Positions 53,456-62,018 of a DNA stretch of 64,000 nt are shown piece by piece. Each line of letters opens with the position of its first letter. Position 1 is the first letter of the stretch. A program made the position numbers and the translations under genes. The notes under the pieces were generated by a model. It saw only the letters and a program-made list of their open reading frames with translations. It had not been told where the DNA came from and made no database searches. The stretch is from a virus. The stretch lies in IMG/VR virus record IMGVR_UViG_3300027969_000087, positions 4,040 to 68,039 of that record; one strand, 5' to 3'.

Positions 53456-54507
53456 TATGTTCCGTCCTCGATCCAAAGAGTTAAATTATTGTCGGAAGTA
53501 TCCCACCAGAGGTACTTATCTCCTAATGATACACTAGGAGCAGTCGTTTGGATATACGTATCTATTGATGTTTTCCAATAAGTATCGTAGTCCGCACTAG
53601 AGTTTTTTACTAAATGTTGGTTTGCTACACCCCCAACAGGGACTCCATATCCTTGTGCCCCTGTCAAGCCCGTAGGCCCTGCAGGGCCAGTAGGTCCTGC
53701 CGGCCCAGTAGCGCCCGTAGCTCCGGTTGGACCAGTAGCTCCAGTAGGTCCAGCTTGGGTACTCATCACTTGTTGTATGTTTACTACAACACTTGGTGTA
53801 ACTGGGTACACAGGGCTTGTAGTATGGGCGGGCCAGTATTGTAGGTTTACCGATTGAGTAGAGGACCAGTAAAATTCAATGTAATCATTTGCTGCAAAAG
53901 TTGCTGTGTGATTAAATGAGGGTACTGCGTAATGGTTTTGATTAGAAAGATCGTATTGCCAATTAGTCTCTGGAACATTATTACCATTCTTTTTAATCCA
54001 AATATTAATTGCGGGGCTACCATTAGACGGCTGGTGCAACTGAGCCGAGAATTGAATATTATAGGTGCCCGCAACAGAAAAATTAATTCTTGAAGAAGTA
54101 GATAAAGATATGCCATTAGCTTCAGAGGTTTGGTCAATTGTAATTGCTTGAGCTGATGTTGAGCTAGCCTGTGTACTATTAGAATAGAAAGATCCATAAG
54201 ATCCTTGAGAAGAAGCTGCTGATCCAGCACCACTCATCCATAGAGGGTAGCTTGGATCCCCAGATTCAAAGATAACCCAAACTGTCTCGCCAATTTCAGG
54301 AACAGTAATAGAAGAGATTGATCCTGAAGATACGGCGGGATCTACTAAGTCAATAGTGTCTGAACCAGATACCTGAGGAACTATAAGAGATAGTCTCTTT
54401 TTATTCTCATAGTCAACATTGTTTTTTACTGTTGCTCTATAGGTGCCATAAAACCTGACCCTACCAAGAGGGTCCATATTATAATCTGTGTAGTCAGAGT
54501 AACTCAT
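53455..54507 (-). CDS. gp5/VgrG-type OB-fold protein fused to a jelly-roll-like domain and collagen repeats
   Basis: FYGTYRATV..N.D..RL.L.VPQV..VPEIGETVWVIFESGDPSYPLW; GTYNIQFSAQ; (GxT)n. Confidence 0.8.
   Translation of the reverse strand: MSYSDYTDYNMDPLGRVRFYGTYRATVKNNVDYENKKRLSLIVPQVSGSDTIDLVDPAVSSGSISSITVPEIGETVWVIFESGDPSYPLWMSGAGSAASSQGSYGSFYSNSTQASSTSAQAITIDQTSEANGISLSTSSRINFSVAGTYNIQFSAQLHQPSNGSPAINIWIKKNGNNVPETNWQYDLSNQNHYAVPSFNHTATFAANDYIEFYWSSTQSVNLQYWPAHTTSPVYPVTPSVVVNIQQVMSTQAGPTGATGPTGATGATGPAGPTGPAGPTGLTGAQGYGVPVGGVANQHLVKNSSADYDTYWKTSIDTYIQTTAPSVSLGDKYLWWDTSDNNLTLWIEDGT
53652..53753 (-). repeat. collagen-like Gly-X-Y repeat
   Basis: GPTGATGPTGATGATGPAGPTGPAGPTGLTGAQG. Confidence 0.85.
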
Positions 54508-55103
54508 CTGTCATTCCAAACTATCTTTTGATGAACATTAGAAAAAGTAGGTGATCTTAGCTCATATGGATTATGATGAAGTTCACCGGATGTTTGGGTA
54601 ATGCTGCTATACGTGTAGCTTTTAAGTTTATTTTGCATCCAGCTAGGAGTTAAGGTAGTTTCTAGGGGTAGCTTATTAACTCTTACTTTAGTAACATGAT
54701 ACTTTTTTGTATCATAGTTTTGTTGGCTATGAAAACTCTCATACTCAGTAGGAACCTTTACGTGTACTTTAGTTGAGTGGGTAGAAATATCGTTAGCTGA
54801 GTCTTTAGGCCTAATTTTTAATAGCTGATCGTTAGAACCTAAGTGAACCTTCATAGTGTATTTAAGGCCACTGTTAAAGATATGCGTAACTGAAATTACT
54901 ACCCAAATCCCGGACATGCCATCTCGAAGACCTTTAAAGTAAACAGGATCATAGGGACGTAAAGAGGAAAGTCCAACCAATAAAGCATTAGCGTTGTACT
55001 TATACCTAGTGGTGCTGCTATGTCCTTGGGCAACGGATAATGCTTTTTGAGGGCTATCAATTACTTCATGTGCCAAAGATATTTTTGAATTGCTATTGGC
55101 CAT
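54504..55103 (-). CDS. baseplate hub (gp27/gpD-like) C-terminal part
   Basis: G..LRP..PVYFKGL..MSGIWVVISVTHIF..Y. Confidence 0.65.
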   Translation of the reverse strand: MANSNSKISLAHEVIDSPQKALSVAQGHSSTTRYKYNANALLVGLSSLRPYDPVYFKGLRDGMSGIWVVISVTHIFNSGLKYTMKVHLGSNDQLLKIRPKDSANDISTHSTKVHVKVPTEYESFHSQQNYDTKKYHVTKVRVNKLPLETTLTPSWMQNKLKSYTYSSITQTSGELHHNPYELRSPTFSNVHQKIVWNDR

Positions 55104-55905
55104 ATGTGCCTCCCCAATTTTTTACCGTATTAATAGGACGTGTTACACGAGATCCGTGGCTAACATCAACCCCAGAATCAAATGCGTACCTTGAACCTTC
55201 ATCAGAGTAAAGCTCTAGGCCTACGTCGCCTTGACCAAGTTCTGGTGACTCCACAGCATCTAACGCTGTAAAGGTAATTAGTGTTTGCTTACCCATAATA
55301 CCTCTTGGCGCATTATCAAAGTGGTAAAACGTCGGTGCATTTTCTATTTTATCTGCCAGAATACTATCTCTAGATTTAAAGGTAATTGTTTTATTTTCAG
55401 CTCGTAAAGCATAACCTGTTTTAAAAGATAGATGCCTTAAAAATTGCCAATCAGTTTGCCCGGTCTGAACTAGTTTTGAGTGAGAAAGCGGATGGTGAGC
55501 AGTATTAGAATAAAAGCCCGCTTCTTCTGCAATTTTTTTTACTACCCCATCTGCGCTTATATTTTGATACACCTTCTTATTAGGTGTCTTTAACTTTGAA
55601 GAGTTGTTTACACACACCACCCTAGTAAATACATTTAGAGGAGTAACATTCTTTTCAATTACTTGCACAAATCCAATAAAAGTCTCAACTTTATTCTTAT
55701 TTGTAGACCAAACAAACATGACAGGATCGCCCTTAGAAAGCCTATTTCCAGTGTTTCTATCTAAGGCTCCCTTGAACTGGATCGATAGAACGTCATGCTT
55801 TGCTTCTGCTTGGTGTAGCTCAGCTGAAACCATCAATAGGTTAAACGCAGGTGATTGTGGAAAAGTCACCTGCCACTTTAGATACCGTTGAATTTGATTA
55901 GGCAC
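55093..55905 (-). CDS. baseplate hub (gp27/gpD-like) N-terminal part
   Basis: FIGFV, SADGVVKKIA, QTGQTDWQFLRHLS..GY. Confidence 0.8.
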   Translation of the reverse strand: MPNQIQRYLKWQVTFPQSPAFNLLMVSAELHQAEAKHDVLSIQFKGALDRNTGNRLSKGDPVMFVWSTNKNKVETFIGFVQVIEKNVTPLNVFTRVVCVNNSSKLKTPNKKVYQNISADGVVKKIAEEAGFYSNTAHHPLSHSKLVQTGQTDWQFLRHLSFKTGYALRAENKTITFKSRDSILADKIENAPTFYHFDNAPRGIMGKQTLITFTALDAVESPELGQGDVGLELYSDEGSRYAFDSGVDVSHGSRVTRPINTVKNWGGTYGQ

Positions 55906-56173
55906 GAGGAATCCTAATAAAAGTACCTACTGGAATATTAAATGGGTCAGGAACATTTGGGTTAATATCCATAATGTATGACCATAGATGTGAGGAGCCT
56001 AAGAAAATATCAGCGAGTACGTCAATTCTATCCCCCTCTTTAAACTGGTACTCGCTGTATCTCTTTAGCTTACCAACATTAAATTTTCTAAGAACGAATA
56101 TGTCATAGTCATCACCTCTTTTATTTAGGCTTTGGCTAAAACGCCCGTCAGCATACCGCGATGTATCTCTCAT
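55898..56173 (-). CDS. LysM/tail-X (gp53-like) baseplate protein
   Basis: EGDRIDVLADIFLGSSHLWSYIMDINP..DPFNIPVGTFIRIP. Confidence 0.88.
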   Translation of the reverse strand: MRDTSRYADGRFSQSLNKRGDDYDIFVLRKFNVGKLKRYSEYQFKEGDRIDVLADIFLGSSHLWSYIMDINPNVPDPFNIPVGTFIRIPRA

Positions 56174-57345
56174 TACTTACTAGCCTCCGTATCCGCAGGA
56201 GCACCGTATACCGGAAGCTTAGATCCGGTTTTGCCCTCATCATCCGTTGTTGTGTACCTTTCAGTTAAGAATGTATCTGTAGTATCCGTTTCGTAACTAG
56301 GTGTAGGAATACGCATCATGCCTATAGACACTTCGCTAAGAATAGGGATCATTTTTTCAGTAAACATGACGTGATTTACTGAAATACTAGTAACAACTAC
56401 CTTATATTTAAAATTATCGTGAAGTCTAAACCAAATTGGGGCGGGAGCAATAAAACCAAAGTCAGATGTTGCACGATCCATGGAAGGACCAAGCTGTGGT
56501 TCACCATTAAGAACTCTATACAAAAATTCTAAATCATACTCAGTACCTCTAGTTAAAATACCATGAATATCGTTGTTAGTTAAAGCTCTTGAGTAGTCTC
56601 CAGTACCCGCTGACTGCTGCGCTCGATCACTAGCAAGAGCCGACATATCCATTACTCTATTTATAAAAAGATTTACACTAAATGTTTGGTTACCTGTTAG
56701 CTGGTTAGAAATATCCGCAGTGTTAGTGATATCAAAGTTAGCGTTAGAAAGACTATGCGAAATAGTAGTTGGATTATACATAAACTGGAATCCCCAAAGC
56801 TGAGAAGCTTTTGTTTTAAAATCTCCATTTGCCATATAAGCATTGTCCATGTCTTGAAAGAAGTAACCTCTTTGATTAACGCGTTGCAACCTTCTTATAG
56901 TTGCTCTATCAGCAGAAGAGCTGACGGTATACCCAGCAAGTGCCGTTGGCGGCAAAGTTCTACTAGCCGCATGTGGTGGTGGGTTAAACTTACTAGTACC
57001 TACATCTGCTGAAGTAATTACTTCGGAAGGTACGGGTTCTTCCTCTTCAGGTTTTGTCACAGGAGTTTTAGGGGTAGCGTAAAAGTATCTGTATACTTGT
57101 TCTCTGTATGGTTTTCCTCCACGTGCGCCAGGATGCATCCTGTACTCACTAATTATATCGCCAGGCTTTACACCCGCTGGAATTGGAGCGCCAATTTTAA
57201 TGTAATATTCTTTTGCGCCATCACGTACTGCTGCAGTAGCATTACCTCTATTTACTTCTGCAATCTGTCCGTTTTTGGTATGCTTTGCTTGTCTCCAAAT
57301 TCTTTTTAAATTTGGATCTGGTTTTGCAGGTGATCTTGTACCCAT
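56173..57345 (-). CDS. tail tube initiator-like protein
   Basis: GFQFMYNPTTI ... SISVNHVMFTEKMIP; lies between tape measure and LysM genes. Confidence 0.65.
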   Translation of the reverse strand: MGTRSPAKPDPNLKRIWRQAKHTKNGQIAEVNRGNATAAVRDGAKEYYIKIGAPIPAGVKPGDIISEYRMHPGARGGKPYREQVYRYFYATPKTPVTKPEEEEPVPSEVITSADVGTSKFNPPPHAASRTLPPTALAGYTVSSSADRATIRRLQRVNQRGYFFQDMDNAYMANGDFKTKASQLWGFQFMYNPTTISHSLSNANFDITNTADISNQLTGNQTFSVNLFINRVMDMSALASDRAQQSAGTGDYSRALTNNDIHGILTRGTEYDLEFLYRVLNGEPQLGPSMDRATSDFGFIAPAPIWFRLHDNFKYKVVVTSISVNHVMFTEKMIPILSEVSIGMMRIPTPSYETDTTDTFLTERYTTTDDEGKTGSKLPVYGAPADTEASK

Positions 57346-57360
57346 AGTTAACTACACTCC

Positions 57361-60354
57361 TTAGTATGAACCAATTTTAGATGTTCTGAGATCTTTTTCA
57401 AGCATACTCTTAACATCGTTTGCAAACTTACGGGCATCATGAGCACTAGTTCCATTAACCGTAACGTTCATGTGAATAACAACTCCAGCATTACTACCCC
57501 CGCCACTACTAATAGGCATCATGCCAGCATCTCCACCAAAAGCAAGAAGACCTTGAGTTGTTGTATCTTTGTTACCAACAAATCCTTCCCTACCTGAGTA
57601 TCCCAGAGTCTTAATTCCCCCAGAACTACCTACTTTTGAAAAACCATTATCCTCGGAATCATCATTTCCTGTTAACCAGTCAAAAGCTTTACCTAGATTT
57701 CTCTTAATCCCCCCAAAGAATCCACCATCATCCTTAGGTTGTTCTCCGGTACCGCCCGAGACACCTGTATTTTTTCCTAGTAGGCCTGCTAGGTACCCCT
57801 TTGGATTTTTTGTATTAGCCGCAGAGAAGGCCCCCTCACGGATCTCAAAGTGTAGGTGGGCACCATGAGCACCACTACCACTATCACCGGATAGGGCAAT
57901 CTGTTGACCGGCTGCTACTTTCTGACCCTTCTTTACCATGCCACGCTCAAGGTGAGCATACATACTTTCATGACCGCCATGGTCTACAACAACAATGTTT
58001 CCGTATGCCTTTCCAGCACCAGGATAATTACTAGCGGGCCCAGCATAGGCTACAGTACCTGCTCGGTAAGACTTAACTGGTGATCCCTTCTTTACGCCGT
58101 AGTCAGTACCTGTATGGTAACCCTTCATCTGCCAATAAGTATTATTCTTAGGCTTTTGTCCGTAGTGAGCAGTAATAGGGCCATCAGCAGGAGCAACTAT
58201 GCCTCCGCCAACGCCACCATGCAGAGCACGTACTTTTGATCCTGTATTACTTTTTCCTGCGCCACCTGATCCAGTTGGGTGACCAAAATGCTTCTGCCCT
58301 TTATCCAAGTATTCTTTGTAGGCTCCATTTTTATATGCTGACCATGGTGACCAATCACGGCCCTTGTTTGACATTTTGTATGCAATTTTTGCATTTAAAA
58401 CTGGATTAAAAAGCTCATTGTTACTTTTTATTCCGTATTGTTTGCGTCGGGATGGTCCAAGATCATCAATCATATTAATCTGGAATAGGCCGTACGAGTT
58501 ATCCCCAGTATCTCTATTCGTATTATGGGCCCTAACATTTCCACCACCAGATTCAGCCATAGCCACAGCAAATGCTATTGGAGACGCCTTGGGACCAAAA
58601 CCAGCTTTTCTAATAGCTGAGGCTACAATATTTTCCTCAGCGTCACCGCCAGTATTTGGGTCTTGCTCTTTGCTTTCGGACCAACCTTTAAATAGACCGA
58701 TACTTGCGCCGATAACTGCACCTGCGGCTGTACCAACAACCGGTACGGCGCTACCCATTAAAGCTCCAGCGGCCGCGTAACCTCCAGCATAGCCGAGCAT
58801 TGTTGCGCCTTTTTCAAAGCCGCTACCTGATTTAACGCCTAAGCTATTCCTACCAAAATCACGTAGCTTAGGCATAGCCCAGCTTGTGCCCGCAGCAGCG
58901 GCTGCACCTAGACCAAGACGTGCTGCGGCAGTTCCCCCAAAACTTTTTATTTTTGCTAGCGAACCCGAACCGCCTTTTCCAAACATCATTGGGCCACCAG
59001 GGCCAGAGTGTCTTCCTTTACCGGACTTTCCAAATATATCTTTTAAGATATTTGTACGTTTTCCGGCATGTCCACCACCCTCTTCGCCCATACCAATCAT
59101 ACTTTCGCCGGTTTTAATAAACCAGTCGGAGGCTCTTTCTTCTAGCTTGGCTTTAATGTCAGCACCAATATTGCCGGCAACATTAGCGCCAAGACCTGCC
59201 ATGGTAGAGCCAGTGTTACCTGCTTGAGGTAGGGTACCTAAGAATCCCTTGAGTCTAGCCATGTTATCTACTACACCCGGAAGGACTTTAGCTAACTCAA
59301 CAAACTGATTATTAACAGCTGTAGTAGCGTCAAGTGCACCGCCATAACCCTGAACTAGACCCTTACCGCTAACTTCTAGCTTCCCAGCCTCAGACTTCTG
59401 GTAGTTGTACCACTTACGCATAGGGTCATCTGCAGGCCTGCCCAGAATCTTATTTACGCCCTCTGCACTCATATCAAGCTTCTTGCCCTTGTTCTTGGCT
59501 TGGTATACCAAGTTACCAGCAAGAGTCGTAAATAGTTCTTGGTTACCACCAGCAGCGGCCATTACAGACTGGTATGCCTTACTATTAACATTGTAGACTT
59601 GAGCAGCATTTTCTGCGGTAACATTTTTTTTATTACCGTACATTCTGCGGTAAAGATCACTAGAAATATCAGATGTAGCCCTTAGGTTGCCCTTAGCGTC
59701 ACGTGTTCTAATACCCATACGCATAAAGTTCATGCCGTTAATAGAGGCCATACCACTAGCAACTTGCTCATTAGATTGCCCAGTAAGCATACTGTAGCCA
59801 CCTACTTGGCCCATAAGGTTCTTATAGGAACCCATGGTAGGAAGAATACCTCCAGAAGCAAACATAGTTGTTGCGCCTGTAGCTCCAGTTGAGCTAGTAA
59901 AACCTGCACCAAGCGCAGCGTTACTTGACTTAATAAGCCCTTGAGCATCCATGCCAGCCATAGATGCAACGCTCTGAGCTTGTACTCTTTGCTGTACAGC
60001 TTCCATAGTATTTGGAAGCATTCCGTAGCCAAAAGCGCCAACGCTACCTAATAGGTTTAGGGCTCTTCCGCCCCACTTTCTTCCAGTGCTCATCTGTGGG
60101 TCAAACATTTTATCAAGTTGCGTTTGCATCTTGTCAATAGACCCAGATAGATCACTATTAAACTTGCTGCCCGCACCAGAACTACCCATGGAGTTACCAC
60201 CAGTGTTCATTTCTTTCCACTGCTTGAAAATATTATTCATAGATTTCTCTATGTCAAGAATATTTTTCTTCCACTTTTCAGTAGCAGAATTAGCAGAGTC
60301 AATGGCTTTTTTGCTCTTGGAGTCACCCAGATTGCTATGTGGTGATGGCATCAA
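57361..60354 (-). CDS. tape measure protein with lytic transglycosylase-like and M23 peptidase domains
   Basis: Ala/Gly-rich body; AVAMAESGG..SYGLFQIN..NAKIA..WSPW; HTGTDY, YAHL, HLHFE. Confidence 0.88.
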   Translation of the reverse strand: MMPSPHSNLGDSKSKKAIDSANSATEKWKKNILDIEKSMNNIFKQWKEMNTGGNSMGSSGAGSKFNSDLSGSIDKMQTQLDKMFDPQMSTGRKWGGRALNLLGSVGAFGYGMLPNTMEAVQQRVQAQSVASMAGMDAQGLIKSSNAALGAGFTSSTGATGATTMFASGGILPTMGSYKNLMGQVGGYSMLTGQSNEQVASGMASINGMNFMRMGIRTRDAKGNLRATSDISSDLYRRMYGNKKNVTAENAAQVYNVNSKAYQSVMAAAGGNQELFTTLAGNLVYQAKNKGKKLDMSAEGVNKILGRPADDPMRKWYNYQKSEAGKLEVSGKGLVQGYGGALDATTAVNNQFVELAKVLPGVVDNMARLKGFLGTLPQAGNTGSTMAGLGANVAGNIGADIKAKLEERASDWFIKTGESMIGMGEEGGGHAGKRTNILKDIFGKSGKGRHSGPGGPMMFGKGGSGSLAKIKSFGGTAAARLGLGAAAAAGTSWAMPKLRDFGRNSLGVKSGSGFEKGATMLGYAGGYAAAGALMGSAVPVVGTAAGAVIGASIGLFKGWSESKEQDPNTGGDAEENIVASAIRKAGFGPKASPIAFAVAMAESGGGNVRAHNTNRDTGDNSYGLFQINMIDDLGPSRRKQYGIKSNNELFNPVLNAKIAYKMSNKGRDWSPWSAYKNGAYKEYLDKGQKHFGHPTGSGGAGKSNTGSKVRALHGGVGGGIVAPADGPITAHYGQKPKNNTYWQMKGYHTGTDYGVKKGSPVKSYRAGTVAYAGPASNYPGAGKAYGNIVVVDHGGHESMYAHLERGMVKKGQKVAAGQQIALSGDSGSGAHGAHLHFEIREGAFSAANTKNPKGYLAGLLGKNTGVSGGTGEQPKDDGGFFGGIKRNLGKAFDWLTGNDDSEDNGFSKVGSSGGIKTLGYSGREGFVGNKDTTTQGLLAFGGDAGMMPISSGGGSNAGVVIHMNVTVNGTSAHDARKFANDVKSMLEKDLRTSKIGSY

Positions 60355-60514
60355 TCACTCCTTTGGTTAGACGAGCTGCAGCTTTATCAAGCCACATAAG
60401 CCGTTCACGATGGGACAAGGACTTTATTTCTGTTAAAGTCCAACCAGTAAATGCGTAGCTAATCAACTCATACGACTCGATTAGCAGCGCATATACTTCT
60501 TTTCTAAAGTCGAA
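60335..60514 (-). CDS. tail assembly chaperone C-terminal extension (+1 frame, probably frameshift-accessed)
   Basis: 60-codon frame FDFRKEVYALLIESYELISYAFTGWTLTEIKSLSHRERLMWLDKA..., no ATG or SD at its 5' end. Confidence 0.65.
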   Translation of the reverse strand, partial: FDFRKEVYALLIESYELISYAFTGWTLTEIKSLSHRERLMWLDKAAARLTKGVIDAITT

Positions 60515-61346
60515 ACAAATCCGCTAGGGTAAGCGGAATCGGGACCTCCAGCCCGCAAGATGAGCAGTTCTTAGCGATAGTGCTCAAATCTGGACCTGGG
60601 TTCTTATCCGTAATTGCCTTTAGGATTGTTCGACGATCTTGCATACCTAATTTTTTCACCTGATTAGGATCCATAATTGGTAATCCGTTGATGTCAGTGA
60701 TGCATTCCTTTAGAAGAATACTATCTAATTCTGCTGACGTTTTATCGGTAGATGAAATTAGCTTACGTTGAACCGCTCCATTTGGAAGATCAACGCGAAC
60801 CTCACCAATTTTGCAATCAACAGTAAAACTTCTAATATGCTTCTCTTCTAGAGCAGTTATATCAACATCTGATTCTAGATCTACAACAAACTTTTGTGGC
60901 TCATCACAGTGGATGCACTTGCCTTCAAGTTCAATTTCAGCACCAAAAGTAGCAATTCTAATTTTGATAATAAGGTATTCCCTATCACCTGCTAGTAGGC
61001 CATCTAATAGGTCTTGAGTACAAGGCTTATCACCAATCTTTACTGTACCGCGCTGCAGAATAGATAGCAGGCTACGTCCGTAATCAGTGATCTTAGATAG
61101 TGCCTCTTCATCGTTACCGTTTAGTTCTCTAATTTCTGCTGTTTCTACTAGTTCTCCATTAAACGGATTATAAAGTCCTGCAAGCAAGGTTACTTCATCT
61201 GAGGGTGGAGGTACAATCTTAGGGGCAGGTGTTGATTCTACCTCTAAAGATTGTACCTCCTCCTCTGGAGACATAGCTAGAGCTGCTTGAACTAATTGAT
61301 TTGCAAGCTCTGGATTTTCAATTGAGCTGATCGTTTCTTGTGACAT
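60504..61346 (-). CDS. tail assembly chaperone / baseplate hub assembly protein
   Basis: IRELNGNDEE, GDREYL..IRIATFG, CIHC and CSSC; lies between tube and tape measure genes. Confidence 0.8.
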   Translation of the reverse strand: MSQETISSIENPELANQLVQAALAMSPEEEVQSLEVESTPAPKIVPPPSDEVTLLAGLYNPFNGELVETAEIRELNGNDEEALSKITDYGRSLLSILQRGTVKIGDKPCTQDLLDGLLAGDREYLIIKIRIATFGAEIELEGKCIHCDEPQKFVVDLESDVDITALEEKHIRSFTVDCKIGEVRVDLPNGAVQRKLISSTDKTSAELDSILLKECITDINGLPIMDPNQVKKLGMQDRRTILKAITDKNPGPDLSTIAKNCSSCGLEVPIPLTLADLFRL

Positions 61347-61372
61347 GTTGTGTTCCTTAGTTAGTTAATTAA

Positions 61373-61996
61373 TTAATATTGAGTACCAAATGATGCTGAT
61401 GCATTGTAGTCATCTGCATATTCTACGTCAAAGCCTTCATGAACTACAGTCATACCTTCAACCATAAGTCCATTACCGCCTGCACTTAGATCGCCGTATA
61501 CAAGGCTTGAAATCCAAGCATTGTAAATTCTGAACTTCATGGAAGCATGTAGATTCCATGGATCATCGGCGCGACCACCGCTTGAGTTAGCTGTTTTTGT
61601 ATTAGCTGGGTTTGGGTGGCTTAGTACTGTAACGTCAATGTCACATCTAAACTCTTTTCCCACACCTGCTGTAGAGCGGGCGCTTACAACAGCAAATAGC
61701 TGTCGCATCCACTGTAGGTTTTGCGTACCACCCAAAGTCTGACCTCTTGTAAAGCTGATAGGCTCAAATGAAGTCTGACCTGGCAACTGGTGAACAGTGG
61801 TGTTGTAACCACCCTCACGGTATGCAATTGGATCAACAGTTACTCCAAAACCAGAAACGCTAACAAATCCTAACGACTTGTCAAACTTCGGTGTTGATGC
61901 AACATTTTCCTTAGGGTTAAACTGCACCAAAAACCTAAAGTTACGGATTGGATCAGTTTTAATCTCACTGAATGGGTTAATTGTTGGGTTAGCCAT
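61373..61996 (-). CDS. tail tube protein (T4 gp19-like)
   Basis: DPIRNFRFLV, GF.SVSG, YREGG...LPGQT.F..I...RG, YNAW, HEGF. Confidence 0.93.
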   Translation of the reverse strand: MANPTINPFSEIKTDPIRNFRFLVQFNPKENVASTPKFDKSLGFVSVSGFGVTVDPIAYREGGYNTTVHQLPGQTSFEPISFTRGQTLGGTQNLQWMRQLFAVVSARSTAGVGKEFRCDIDVTVLSHPNPANTKTANSSGGRADDPWNLHASMKFRIYNAWISSLVYGDLSAGGNGLMVEGMTVVHEGFDVEYADDYNASASFGTQY

Positions 61997-62018
61997 TTTC
62001 TATGTTCTCCTTAGTACT

